A DNA stretch of 64,000 nt from Elusimicrobiota bacterium (GCA_023213235.1 CP096137.1:2728908-2792907), one strand, 5' to 3'; positions 1-11,173 are shown, numbered from the stretch's first letter. The notes: a model not told the origin generated them from the letters alone. Translations and numbers: made by a program.

Positions 1-1
1 C

Positions 2-97
2 AACGGGGGAACGCTCTACCTCAACCCCGGCGGGCCCGGACCGGCCTGCCGGCATCGCGGCTTCGGCTATGACCCGAACCGCGGCTGCGTCCAATAG
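2..97 (+). CDS. 3' end of an upstream gene entering from the window edge (product not assignable)
   Basis: Frame 2 is open from base 2 to TAG 95-97 (NGGTLYLNPGGPGPACRHRGFGYDPNRGCVQ*). Third positions are GC-rich like the neighbours. Only 31 codons are visible. Confidence 0.3.
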   Translation, partial: NGGTLYLNPGGPGPACRHRGFGYDPNRGCVQ

Positions 98-130
98 CCC
101 GTCCCGTCCGGCTTTGATACGATAGCCGGC

Positions 131-1473
131 GTGACCTACGACCTGGTCGTCGTCGGCGGCGGCGTGACGGGCGCGGGCGTGGCCCGCGACGCGGCGCTGC
201 GCGGCCTGAAGGTCGCCTTGGCCGAGCGCGGCAAGCCGGGCCAAGGCACGACCGCCGCTTCGACGCACCTGATCCACGGGGGCGTGCGCTATCTCCTCTA
301 CGACCGCCTGACCACCCACTCCTCGTGCTGGGACGCCGGCCACATCGTGCGCACCGCCGGGGACCTGCTCACCCGTCTGCCCATCCTCTGGCCGGTGTAT
401 AAAGGACACACGCGGGGACTCGAGACCGTCGAGACCTTGTTCGCGCAGTACGACCTGTTCCAGCCGATGAAGTACGGCAAGCCCCACCTGCGCCTGACGG
501 CGGAGGCCGCGCTCAAGGTCGTCCCGGGCCTCTCGCCCGAGGGCCTGCTGGGCGCGCTCGTCTTCGACGAGTGGTGGGTCGACGCCGAGGCGCTGGCGCG
601 CCGCACGCTCGAGTCGGCCCGCGCCGCCGGCGTCGAGGTCCTGCTCGACTCGCCGGTGACCGCCGTGCTCAAGGACGGCGCGCGCGTGGCCGGCGTGACG
701 GCCGGCGGCCGCGAGCTGCGCGGCCGGATCACGGTCAACGCGGCGGGGCCCTGGATCGACAAGGTCACGAGCCTCGCGGGCGCGCGCATGCCGCTGCGGC
801 TGATGAAAGGAACGCACCTCATCTACAAGGACAAGGCGCTGACGCCGGTCGGGCTCCTGCTGGAAGCGGAGGACCGGTCGCGGTACGTCTTCGTCGTCCC
901 CTCGCCGTTGGGGACCTGGGTCGGGCCCACGGACCTTCCCGGGCCCTCGGATCCGGACCAGACGCGCACGACGGACGACGAGGTCGGCTATCTTTCGCGA
1001 TCCGTGAAACGCTACTTCAGATCATGGCCGATCAATCATGACGCAACGATCGTCGGCTCGCGCCCGATCCTGGGCCAGCCCGGCGCGGAAAAGCTGCTCT
1101 CGCGCGACTTCGAGGTCTTCGACCACGAGACGCGCGACGGCCTGCCCGGGTTCCTGACGATCGGCGGCGGCAAGATGTCGGACTACCGCGTGATGGCCGA
1201 GGCCGCCGTGGACCTCGCCTGCCGCAAGCTCGGCGTGTCGGCGGAGTGCCGCACCCACCTGAGCACGCTCGACGGCCGGCCGGTGACGGACATCCCGGAT
1301 TTCCCCACCCCGACCCGGCGCTCAAGCGCTTTCTGCGGACCAAGCCGCTGCTGCGCGAGCTGCACGCGCTGTCCTACCTCGGCGCGGGGATGGCGGAGCA
1401 CCTGCTGCGCCGCGCCGGCGGCCTCTCGCCCATCGGCGACGAGGCCGAGTTCGCGCGCCGCTACCGTCAGTAG
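131..1473 (+). CDS. glpD: FAD-dependent glycerol-3-phosphate dehydrogenase (GlpD/GlpA family), frame broken once
   Basis: GTG start. Dinucleotide fold DLVVVGGGVTGAGVARDAALRG, HLIHGGVRY, GGGKMSDYRVMAE. ORF 131-1519 degenerates into Arg/Ala-rich text after about aa 395, while ORF 1246-1473 carries a plausible C-terminus (ALKRFLRTKPLLRELHALSYLG...). The join is at a C-run near 1305-1312. Confidence 0.8.
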
Positions 1474-1925
1474 ACGCCGCGCTCCTGGTACCAGGGCACG
1501 CCGCGCAGCGAGGGCTTGAGGCAGTCGACGAAGATCACGATCTGGTGGTCGTTGAACACGTAGCCCCAGCGTCCCGTTCCCCGGATGCGCGACCCGTCGA
1601 CCTGACCGTCGCGCAGGATGTCGGCCCGGTACGTCTCCACCCGGCTCGACTCGCGGCCGCACACGGGCAGGTCGAGAGCCGGGATTTCGGCGAGATATTT
1701 CGGAACCAGCTTCTCGAGCTTCTCGGGAATCTTCTTCTCGGCTTTGGTGTAGTCGGCCATGCGCGCTTCGAGCTGGGCCAAGGAAGACCGCACGCGGTCC
1801 TCCTTGACGCGCGCCTCATTGGCGGAAGTCTCCTTCTCGAAATCGGCGGTCGCTTCGTCCTTGCCGCCGAAAACGCCGGCGCAGCCGGCGAAAAAAGTGA
1901 CGAAGAATAAGATGGCGAATTTCAT
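1467..1925 (-). CDS. lipoprotein of unknown function
   Basis: MKFAILFFVTFFAGC signal/lipobox-like N-terminus, then a charged helical stretch and a compact C-terminal domain. Packed against both neighbours. Confidence 0.55.
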   Translation of the reverse strand: MKFAILFFVTFFAGCAGVFGGKDEATADFEKETSANEARVKEDRVRSSLAQLEARMADYTKAEKKIPEKLEKLVPKYLAEIPALDLPVCGRESSRVETYRADILRDGQVDGSRIRGTGRWGYVFNDHQIVIFVDCLKPSLRGVPWYQERGVY

Positions 1926-2980
1926 GGCTCACCTCTCAAGATGGTACCGCCGCCGAGAACGAAATCGTTGTCGTAAAACACCGCGGCCTGTCCCGGCGCC
2001 GGGGCTCGTTGAGGCGAGTCAAAATTGACGTTCGCGCCATTCGGAGTCCACACAATCTCGGCGGGCGCGGGCTCATGCCGATGCCGAATCCGTACCGACG
2101 CCCGGAAGGCCCGCCCATTCCGTTCGCCGTTGAAGTTTATTCGTCCCACCTGAATGGCCCCGCTCATGATGGCGGGGGCACCGCCGACGATCAAAGCGTT
2201 TTCCTCAGGCTCCAGGCGCACGACGTACGCCGCTTCTTTGATGCCCGCCAACCCCGCGCGCTGCCCGACGGTATAGGACGCCAGACCCGTGTGACGGCCC
2301 AGCTCCTTGCCGTTCACGTCGCGGATCGGCCCCGGCGCGATGCCCGGGGCGTTCGCCTCCGCGTGCGCCGCCACGAACCCCTTCACGTCCCGGTTCGGCA
2401 CGAAGCACGTCTCCATGCTCTCCGGCTTGTCCGCCGTCCTCAGCCCGAGCTCCCTCGCCTTCGCGCGGACCTCGTCCTTCGACAAGGAGCCCACCGGAAA
2501 ATCCGCCTTCCTCAGCGCCTTCTCCTCGAGCGAGTACAGAAAATAGCTCTGATCCTTCTTCGGATCCAGCGACCGCATCAGCTTCCCGTCCTTCACCCGC
2601 GCGTAATGCCCCGTCGCCACCGCCTCGCACCCCCACGCCTCGGCCAGCGCGAGCAGGTGCCCGAACTTCAGCGAGCGGTTGCACTCGACGCACGGATTCG
2701 GCGTCGTGCCCCCGAGATACGCGTCCAGGTACGGCCGGATCACCTTGTCGGCGAACACCTCGGCCATATCCGACACGTAATGCTTGATCCCGAGCTTCTC
2801 CGCCACGCGCTTGGCGTCGTCGACGTCCGCCGGCGAGCCGCAGCAGCCGAAGCCCGTCTCCGCGCGCGCGAGCAGCTTCATCGTGACGCCCACGGCCTCG
2901 TCGCCGCGCTCGTGGACGAGCGCCGCCGCGACCGAGGAGTCGACGCCGCCGGACATCGCGACGAGGACGCGCCGGCTCAC
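1922..2980 (-). CDS. mnmA: tRNA-specific 2-thiouridylase MnmA
   Basis: PP-loop VLVAMSGGVDSSVAA, CCGSPADVDDAKRVAEKLGI, NPCVECNRSLKFG, ATGHYARV. The likely GTG start at 2980 overlaps the iscS stop (GTGA). The N-terminal 60 aa of ORF 1922-3163 is read-through inside iscS. Confidence 0.9.
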   Translation of the reverse strand: MSRRVLVAMSGGVDSSVAAALVHERGDEAVGVTMKLLARAETGFGCCGSPADVDDAKRVAEKLGIKHYVSDMAEVFADKVIRPYLDAYLGGTTPNPCVECNRSLKFGHLLALAEAWGCEAVATGHYARVKDGKLMRSLDPKKDQSYFLYSLEEKALRKADFPVGSLSKDEVRAKARELGLRTADKPESMETCFVPNRDVKGFVAAHAEANAPGIAPGPIRDVNGKELGRHTGLASYTVGQRAGLAGIKEAAYVVRLEPEENALIVGGAPAIMSGAIQVGRINFNGERNGRAFRASVRIRHRHEPAPAEIVWTPNGANVNFDSPQRAPAPGQAAVFYDNDFVLGGGTILRGEP

Positions 2981-4139
2981 GCGGCCACCTTGGCGGCGGC
3001 GCGCAGCTTCTGCACGATGGCCGGCAGAATTTTGAGGAGCCGGTCCGCGTCGGCGTCCGTGCTGCCCCAGCCCGTCGAGACGCGCAGGGAGCCGGTCGCG
3101 ACCTCGGGCGGCACGCCCATCGCCGTCAGGACGTGCGACGGGGTCGACGCGCCCGAGGAGCACGCCGGCCCGCTCGAGACGCAGACGCCCTCGAGGTCGA
3201 GGGCCACGACGAGGTGATGCCCGTCGAGGCCGTCGAAGCTGAAGTGCGAGGTGTTCGGCAGGCGCGCGGCGCCCGCGCCGTTGAGGCGGACGCCCGGAAG
3301 ACGCAGCACGCCGGCCTCGATCTTGCCGCGCAGCGCGAGCGCGTGGGCGTGCGCGGAGGACAGCTCGCGCGCGGCGAGCTCGCAGGCGAGGCCGAAGCCG
3401 ACGATCGAGGCGACGTTCTCCGTGCCCCCGCGGCGGTTCTTTTCCTGGTGGCCGGTGACGAGCGGCGAGAGCCGGACGCCGCGGCGCACGTAGAGGGCTC
3501 CGACGCCCTTCGGGGCGTTGACCTTGTGGCCGGACACGGCGACGAGGTCGGCCCCGAGCGCCTTCGCGTCGAGCTTGAGCTTGCCCAGCGACTGCACCGC
3601 GTCGCAGTGCGCCAGCGCCCCGGCCGCGCGCGCCGCGGCGAAGACCTCCGCGCAGGGCTGCAGGACGCCCGTCTCGTTGTTGGCGTGCATGACGCTGACG
3701 ACCGACGTCGCGCCGTCGATGAGCGACTTCACGGCCGCGGCGTCGGCGGCGCCGTCGGCGCCGCAGCCCGCCTCGGCGACCTCGAGGCCGCGCCGGCGCA
3801 GCTGCCCGGCCAGGACCCGGATCGCGTCGTGCTCGATCCTGGTGGTCACGACCTTGCGCCGCGCCCCTTGGTCTCGTCGAAGGCCTGCCAGGCGCCGCCC
3901 GCGATGGCGAGCGCGTCGGACTCCGAGCCGCAGGAGGTGAAGACGATCTCAGACGCGTCGGCGGCGCCCAATACCGCGGCGACCTGCTCGCGGGCCTTCT
4001 CGACGGCCGCGCGCGCGCGCTGGCCGAGCGAGTAGGTCGAGTTCGGGTTGCCGTAGCCCTCGCGCAGCCACGGGAGCATCGCGTCGACCACCTCCGGGCG
4101 GACGGGCGTCGTCGCGTTGTGGTCGAGGTAGGCCGTCAC
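2977..4139 (-). CDS. iscS: cysteine desulfurase (IscS/NifS class), frame broken once
   Basis: The N-terminal part [21 protein letters not shown]...NPNSTYSLG...[11 protein letters not shown] lies at the C-end of ORF 3846-5600. The remainder (TTRIEHDAI...[19 protein letters not shown]...[17 protein letters not shown]) is ORF 2977-3849. Join near 3860-3870. The GTG start overlaps the stop of the upstream lipoprotein gene (GTGA). Confidence 0.85.
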
Positions 4140-4843
4140 TGTCCGAAGCCGAAGCCCTTGAAGAGGTCGTCGCCGCCGGCGGCCTCTCCGGCCGGCTTCG
4201 GCTTCTCGACGGGCTTGGGCGGCTCCGCTCCGGGCAGGGGCGCGGCCTTCGCGGCGCCCTTCGACGTCACGGGCGACACGACGGTCTTGCGCACGCCCTC
4301 GGAGAAGATGATGCGGCCGTTCTTGCGGTCGTAGTAAAGGCGGAACTGGCTCTGCTTGGTCTGCGGCTCGTAGGCCTTGCCGAGGTTGTCGCGCTCCTGC
4401 TCCCAGCCGGGGTTGTAGAGCATGCGGCCGCGGATGTCGACCTTCTTGGAGAGGATCGGCAGGGAGAAGCGGATGCGGTAGAAGCCGTTCGTGTCGGAGA
4501 CGCCGGGATCGAAGGACGAGGTCGCGAAGCCCGACGGGCGCGCCTCGCCCTCCTCGAGCGTGTTCTCGCCGCTGGCCACCGCGCGCACGACCACGCCCTG
4601 CACGGGGTTGTCCTGGTAGTCGGTGATCACGCCCTGAATGTAGCCGTCGAGGAACTGGGTCTTCTTCGGCGTGGAGAACAGCAGGAACTCCGAGGTGCCG
4701 GTGAGCTTCTCGGTGATCGACAGGTCGACGATGCGGCCCTCGGCGAAGTCCTCGACGACGACGTTCTTGTTCGAGGGGCCGCAGGCGGCGAAGATCGCCA
4801 GGAAAGCCAGGGGAACGAGGCGGCGCATGCGATATTCTATCAT
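4136..4843 (-). CDS. lipoprotein with carboxypeptidase-regulatory-like beta domain
   Basis: [17 protein letters not shown] lipobox. [12 protein letters not shown]...[11 protein letters not shown] resembles the CarboxypepD_reg pattern. Pro/Lys-rich tail. The start overlaps the inferred motB stop (ATGA). Confidence 0.55.
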   Translation of the reverse strand: MIEYRMRRLVPLAFLAIFAACGPSNKNVVVEDFAEGRIVDLSITEKLTGTSEFLLFSTPKKTQFLDGYIQGVITDYQDNPVQGVVVRAVASGENTLEEGEARPSGFATSSFDPGVSDTNGFYRIRFSLPILSKKVDIRGRMLYNPGWEQERDNLGKAYEPQTKQSQFRLYYDRKNGRIIFSEGVRKTVVSPVTSKGAAKAAPLPGAEPPKPVEKPKPAGEAAGGDDLFKGFGFGQ

Positions 4844-5600
4844 TCGTTCCCCCCGGTCGTGGGAGGAGCCGCCGACGGAGAATCCGGATTCTCGAGAGGC
4901 GCCGCGGGCGGCGCGGCGGGCGCGGGGCGGCGGCCGCCGGCTCGGGCGGGAGCGCCTTGCCGTCCTTGTCGGTCTTCTTGATCGACTGGCTCTTCACGAA
5001 GATGACGACGCGGCGGTTCTTCGCGCGACCCTCGGGCGTCGCGTTGTCGGCGACGGGGCGGTTGCCGCCGTAGCCGACGGCGCCCAGATTCTTGGCCGGC
5101 ATGCCGTACTTCTCGATGAGCAGGCGGGCGACGCTCGTCGCGCGAGCGGTCGACAGCTCCCAGTTCGAGTCGAAATAGTCGTTGTGGATGTTCTGGCCGT
5201 CGGTGTGGCCCTCGACGAGAATCTCGTGCTCGGTCGCGAGCTTGGCGAGCGCCGGCGTCAGCAGCGCGAGCTTGTCGTCGATCTCGGGCGTCGGCTCGGC
5301 CGCGCCGGAGCCGAAGAACGAGACGCCGCCCTGCTCCTCGATCGAGATCTTGAGGCCCTCCTTGTCGATCTTGACCTCGCCCTTCATCTGCCCCTTGTCC
5401 ATCATCTCCTTGATCTGCTCGTTGGCCTTCTGAACGTCCTTGTTCAGCGCGGCGGAGAGCGCGTACAGGATGACGAAGAAGCACACGAGCTCGGTCATCA
5501 GGTCGGCGTAACAGACGACCCAGGCGGGCGCGGGATGGCCGACTTTCGCGACCTTGGGGTCGCTCTCGTCGATGAAGCCCTTCGGCGCGCGCATCGGCAT
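4840..5600 (-). CDS. motB: MotB-like stator subunit with OmpA-type peptidoglycan-binding domain, tail frame probably broken
   Basis: N-terminal plug/TM with the conserved Asp ([21 protein letters not shown]). OmpA-like LVEGHTDG...[17 protein letters not shown]...GYGGNRP...NRRVVIFV. In the frame of ORF 4840-5484 the Pro/Ala tail ends TTGGNE* with an ATGA overlap onto the next gene. Join near 4925-4935. Confidence 0.8.
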
Positions 5601-5609
5601 GGGTTTTCC

Positions 5610-6427
5610 TTAGGCGGCGGCGGCCGGCGCGCCCGGGCTCCCGGGGCCGGCGGCCCCTTGACGATCAGCCGCTTCGACGGCGGCAGGTACGCCTTGAGGT
5701 TGGCCTCGACGACGGACGGCGTCGCGCCGCTCTGCAGGAGCAGCACGCCGCGGATGATGATCTCCTTGATCAGCAGCTCCTCCTCGGAGCGGGCGCGCAG
5801 CTTGCCGCCCATCGGCAGGAAGATCAGGTAGCCGGAGCCGAGGCCGTAGAAGGCGGCCGAGAGGGCCAGCGCCATGCGGCGAGGGACCTGGGCGACGTCG
5901 TCGATCGAGGACAGCATCATGATCATGCCGAGCACGGTGCCGATGATGCCGAAGGCCGGCGAGTAGGTGCCGAGCGCGTTCAGGATCTCGGCGCCGCCCT
6001 TGTGCCGCTCGCGGATGAAGCCGATCTCGGTCTCCAGCATGTTCCGGATGAACTCGTGGTCCGCGCCGTCGACGACGAGCTGGACGCCGCGGCGCAGGAA
6101 GTCGTTCTTGATCCCCTTGAGGTCGTTCTGCAGCGCGAGAAAGCCCTCCTTCTTGGCCTTCTGCGAGAGGTTCACGAAGGTCACGACGATCTCGGAGGTG
6201 TCGTCGTCGGCGTGCGACAGCAGGGTCTTCTTGATGATCTTGCCCACGCCGATGACCTGGGCGAGCGGGTAATTGACGAGCGTGGCGCAGAACGTGCCGC
6301 CCATGACGATGAACACGGCCTCCATGTTCATGAACGGCTTGAAGCCGGCCACGCCTTCGCTGTGAAAGATCATGAAGACGGTCAGGCCGAAGAACGTGAA
6401 TATGCCGGCTATCGTCGCGATGTCCAT
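5610..6427 (-). CDS. motA: MotA-like proton-channel stator subunit (MotA/TolQ/ExbB family)
   Basis: Four-TM layout. LKGIKNDFLRRGVQLVVDG, YSPAFGIIGTVLGMI, ALALSAAFYGLGSGYLIFLPMGGKL. ORF 5498-6427 would overlap motB by 100 nt. An alternative frame ends AAAA-TAA at 5610-5612, 9 nt before the motB ATG and next to an AGGAAAA RBS, so a tail frame break near 5650 is inferred. Confidence 0.8.
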
Positions 6428-6442
6428 GAGGGGTTCGGCTCC

Positions 6443-9048
6443 TTAGCTCTTCTGCCTTTCGTAGCAGCCGATCGGGTTGACGGGCTTGCCCGACGTGTTG
6501 ACGGCCTTGCGGTATTCCACCACTTTCGCGACGACCTCGTCAGCCGTCTCGCGGACGGCGATCTTGTTGCCCGTGGCGAGCAGCAGCAAGGTCTCGTGGC
6601 CGGTCTCCATCGTCTCGATGAGCTCGGCGTTGACGACGACCGCCGTTCCGTTGAGCTTATGCAGGGTTATCACCGCCGCCTCCCTGATCCTTTTGAAGAG
6701 CTTGTCCGCCCACGACTGCTTGCGGCACTCCTCGAGCTTCGCGCCGAGGTCCGCGGCCTCGCCGCGGGCCGCGTCGAGCCCGGCCTGCAGCTCCGCGGCG
6801 CGCCGCTCCGCGTCGGCCGCCGACTCCTGCGCGCGCATCGCGTCCGCGCCGAGGCGCGCCCGCTCCGCGGCGATGAGCTCCTGGGCTTCCGCGCGCGCCG
6901 CCGCGGCCTCCTCGCGGGCCGCCTGCATCGCCGCCTCCGCCTCGGCGCGGGCCGCGGCCGCCGACTCCGCGATCCTGCGCTCGGCGTGCGCCGCCGCGTC
7001 GTCGGCGCGGGCGCGCTCGGCGCGCAGCGCCGTCTCGTGCTCGGCCTTCTGCGCCGCGAGCGCGCGGCTCAGCTCCGCGCGCGAGGCCGCGAGCGCCTTC
7101 TCGGCCTGCTCGCGCGCGTTCTGCAGGATCTTGCCCGACTGCGTCTCGCGGGCCAGCTGAAGGCGCGCCGACTCGAGCGCCTCCTGCGTGCCGGAGACCT
7201 GGGCGGCCTGCGCGGTCGACAGCCGCTCGAGCTCGGTCTTCTCGGCCTCGAGCTTCGCCTTGTCGGCTTCCGCCGCCGCGACGCGGTCCTGGAACGCGCG
7301 GATCGACGCCTGCTGGGCGCCGGACTGCTCGCGCAGCCCCTCGAGCTGCTTCTCGAGCTCGAGGCGGTCGCGCAGGGCGTTCGTGCGGGCGTCCTCCTCG
7401 CGGGACAGCTTGCCCGCGAGGTCGTCGGCGCGGGACCGCTGCGCGATGACCTCGGACTCCTTGGCGAGCAGGCGCTCGCCCCACGACGCGTCCTTCTGCT
7501 GCAGCTCGCGGCGCAGGCGCTGGAGTTCCTGCTCCGCCTGCAGCGCGCGCGCGTCGGCCTCCGCCTGCATCGCGTGGCGGCGCTCGGCGAGCTCCTGCTC
7601 GAGCTCGGCGCGCAGCTTGGACTCGAGGCGCTTCGCGTCGTGCTCCGCCTCCTGGCGGAGCTGGTCGGCGATCTTGGCGGCGCGCTGGTTCAGCTCGTCC
7701 TGGGCCTGGACGCGCAGGCGCGTCTTTTCGGCCTCGACCATCTGCAGCGAGGACTGCGTCGCCTCGGCGCGCACCTCCTTCTCGCGCTCGACCCACTTGC
7801 GCTGGAGGACCACGAACTCGGCCTTGTAGCGTTCCTGGGTCTTCTCCCATGAAACGGCCTGACGCCGCATCTCGTCGAGCTGGGCGCGCGCGGCGGCGCC
7901 CTGCCGCTCGAGAGCGCTCGCGACGGCGCGCAGGCGCGTCAGTTCGGACGTCGCCTTCTCCGCGGCGTCCCGATGCTTGACGAGCTCGGCTCCGTGCTCG
8001 GCCTGGGCGCGGCGCAGGTTGGCCTCGTGCTCGCCCTCGAGGCGCTGCTTGATCGACGCGAGGTCGCGCTGGAGGCGCTCCTGGTCGGACATCAGGCGCT
8101 CCTCGCGCTCGCGCGAGCTGTGCCGCAGGGCGGCCAGGTCGCGCTCGAGGCGTTCCTGAACCAGCGCGGCCTGCTGCCGCGTCAGCGTGAGGTCGGCGCG
8201 CAGCTGGATCGACTCCTTCTCGCGGTCCGACGCGGACTGCAGGCGCGCGACCGCCTCCGCCCTCTCCTGCAGGACCTCGGTCAGCCGCTCATCGAGAATC
8301 TTGCGCTCGGCGACGGCCTTCGTGAGCTCGGCGTCGGCGCCGCGCAGCTTCTCGGCCAGCGCGCGAAGCGTCCGCACCTCGTCGTCCTTGGCGAGCGCGG
8401 CCTTCTGCCACTGCGCCTTCTCCTCGAGCCAGCGCCGCTCCATCTCCTGCAGGCGCATCGCGAAGTGAGTCTCGACCTCCTTGTCCTGGGACTCGCGCGC
8501 GGCGAGCTGGCTCTTGAGCGTCGTGACCCACGTCTCGCGCTCCTGGGCCAGGCGCGCCTCGAGCTCCTGCGCCTTGCGCTCGAGCTTGAGCTTGACGTCG
8601 GCGGCCTCCTGGTCGGCGCGGTCGCGGCGCAGGCGGTCCTGGAGCTCCTTGAGGGACACCTCGACCTTCGCGGCCGTGACGTCGTCCTCGCGGCTGCGCA
8701 TCTGGGCGAGCAGGGACTTCTCGCGCTCCTCGGAGACCTTCTTCTCGAGCTGCTCGAGCTTGGTCTCGAAGTCGGCCTTCATGCGCTCGATCTTCTCCTC
8801 GCGTTCCTTCGAGCGGTCCGGCGCGGCGGCGGGCGGGGCGCCGAACGACGGCGGCGCGGGCGGCGCCGAGAGGGCCGGCGCGCCGAACGAGGGCAGCGGC
8901 GGCAGAGAGGGGCCTTGCCGGCCATTCCGGGCAGCGGCGGAGGCATGGGAGGCTTGCCGGCCGAGGGCGGCAGCGGCGGCGGCACGGGCGCGCCTCCGCG
9001 GCCCGGAGGGAGCGGAGGCGGCGGCGGGAACTTGTCGTCAGCGGCCAT
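6443..9048 (-). CDS. polyproline N-terminus + ~650-aa coiled coil + C-terminal FlbD domain protein, frame broken once
   Basis: ORF 8779-9048 (MAADDKFPPPPPLPPGRGGAPVPPPLPPSAGKPPMPPPLPG...) continues after a shift near 8905-8915 into the frame of ORF 6443-8782 (...PPLPSFGAPALSAPPAPPSFGAPP...). This is followed by E/R/A/L/Q-rich heptad-like sequence. The last 70 aa (ITLHKLNGTAVVVNAELIETMETGHETLLLLATGNKIAVRETADEVVAKVVEYRK) match the FlbD family pattern. AAGGAGAG RBS before the ATG at 9048. Confidence 0.7.
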
Positions 9049-9072
9049 GATGTTCTCTCCTTATGATGCTCG

Positions 9073-11116
9073 TCACGCGCGGGCCTTCATGCCGTCCACC
9101 CACTGCCGAAGACCCGGATCGGGGTTCGACAGCAGGACCTGCTCGAATTGCGCGACCGCGTCGTCCTGCCGGCCGAGCTGAACGTAGCAGTTCGCGAGGT
9201 ACTGGCGGCCCTGCCAGTTCCCCCGTCCAGCGACAAAGCGTACTCGAGATACTGCGCCGCCTCTTGAAAACGTCCGGCGTCGTGGTACTGCTGGCCGGCC
9301 GCGAAATAGGGCTTGGCCGCCTCCGCCTGCGCCGGCTGGGGCGCGGGAGGCGCGGGAAGAGCCGGCGCGCCGGCGCCGGTCGGCGCGGGCATCGCGCCGG
9401 CCTGGCCGCCCCCGCGTTGATGAGATTGGCGACGGCCTGCTCGGCCGCGCGCGTGCGCGGGGCGTACTTCTCGCCGCGCTCGCTGGCGACCTCCTCGTGG
9501 AAGCCGGAGAAGGCGTCGCCGCGGCTCTGCCGGACGTTGACCTTGCCCTCCTTCTCGAGCACCTTCACGACGTCCATGATCTTCGAGCGCTCCTCCTCGA
9601 TCTGCGCGGGCGTGAGCCCCGACGCGTACTCGATCGACTCCTTGAGCAAAGACGCCGCGCCGGCCGACATGTTCGAGAGAAACTTGTTGACGACGTCGGG
9701 CGCCGCGCCCTGGAGGGCCTTGGCCATCGACTCGGTCTTGAGCTCGCGCACGATCGTCTGCATGTCGCGGTCGGGGAACGTGACGGCGTCCTCGAACGTC
9801 AGGATGAACTTCCGCACGCGCGCGTAGACGTCGGGCTTCTCGTTCTTGAGGTACTCGAGGATGTTGGCGCGCGTGAGCGTGTCGGCCTCGTCGAGCATCT
9901 GCGTGAGGCGCTCCATGCCGCCGACGACGAAATCGACGGACTCCTTGATGTCGGCGTCGATGGCCATCAGCTGCTCGCGCGTGACCTGGCGGATCTTCAG
10001 CGCCTCGATGGCGATCTTGGCCTGCAGCTCGACGGGCAGGGACGTCAGCGTCGCGCGCGCGATCTCCGGCTTCAGGTAGCTCAGCACGACGGCGACGAGC
10101 CACGGCTCGTCCTGGCGGACGAGGAAGAGGTTCGCCAGACGCTTGAAGTTCTCCTCCGTGATGTAGGTGAAAGGCTCGAATTTCTTCATGGCATCCTCGT
10201 CCTCCTCCGTCGGAACGATCGGCGGCTCCGGCGGCTTGCGCCCCAGCATGATGTCGAGCTCTCCTTTGGAAAGCTCCTCCAGCGTGTCGTCTCCCTCGTC
10301 CTCGCCGTCCTTGCCCTCGTCCTCGGGCGACTTGTTGAGGACCTCGTACTCGCCCTTCTTCGCCTCGCGCAGAGCGGAGACGTACTGGCGGAAGAAGCGC
10401 GCGAGCGGCCCGAACAGGAAGGACAGGAACAGCAGCAGAAGCAGAGCATAAAGCAGCGGCAGGTAGACGGAGGGCTTCTTGAAGTCCTCCTTCCAGTCCA
10501 CGAGCGGCGGCTTGTCGAACTTCGTCGGCCGGAACGCGACCTGATCGGGAGCGAGCTTGTACTGCGCCATCGCGTCGACGATGCGCTCGCGCACGAGGTC
10601 GAGCCGCTTCTTGTCCTTGACCGGATCGAGCACGAGGTCGTCGTGGATGACGGTGACCTGGAAGCGCTTGAACACGGGCTTGAGCGAGAACCGCTCCTCC
10701 TGCACGCCCTTCATCTGCTGGGCCTGCTGGGCCTGGCTCTGCTCGGGCCGGTCCGGCGTCTCCGGGCCCTGGGTGATCGTCTTCGGCTTCGGGATGCCGG
10801 GCAGCACGAAGGTCGTCTGCATGCCGCCCTTGGGGCCCGGCGCCTTCTCCTTGTACTTTTCGGCCACGCCCATGCCGGAGCGCTGGGACTCCTCGCTCTC
10901 GAGCTTGATCTCCATCTCCACGTCGACGAACGGCGACGCCTTGCCCTTGCCGAGGATCGGGTCGAGCACGTCGCGCGCGATCTTGAGTTCGGAGTCGGCC
11001 TTGATGTGGTTCTGCTGCTCGAGCAAGGTCAGACTGGGAGCGACGACGCCCGCCGCGGCCCGGCCGGCGGCCAGGACGGACGACAGAACGAGGACGGCGA
11101 AGACGGGCGCGCGCAT
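9073..11116 (-). CDS. FliF(C-terminal ring part)-TM-FliG(middle+C domains)-TPR fusion protein, frame broken twice
   Basis: Signal peptide. ARDVLDPILGKGKASPFVDVEMEI and FKRFQVTVIHDD resemble the FliF RBM3/collar region. TM VYLPLLYALLLLLFLSFLFGP. FliG-like DEPWLVAVVLSYLKPEIARATLTSLPVELQAKIAIE, ILTFEDAVTFPDRDMQTIVREL, FLSNMSAGAASLLKESIEYASGLTPAQIEEERSKIMDVVKVLEKEGKV. TPR tail AAKPYFAAGQQYHDAGRFQEAAQYLEYALSLDGG / NWQGRQYLANCYVQLGRQDDAVAQFEQVL is recovered by shifts at G-runs near 9410 and 9214. Stop TGA at 9073-9075. Confidence 0.7.
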
Positions 11117-11173
11117 TCCTATAGAAGTGTAGGGGGCGGTGTTACGGATTCAAGGCGGAAAATACGCATCTTT

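Noticed and set aside
3846-5600. 584-aa ORF that could be read as a MotB-IscS fusion
   Set aside because: It is a chimera. The MotB-like sequence occupies the first ~230 aa. The middle is Arg/Pro-rich read-through across the lipoprotein gene, which sits in another frame. The last ~95 aa are the IscS N-terminus. The ATGA/GTGA overlaps define three separate genes.
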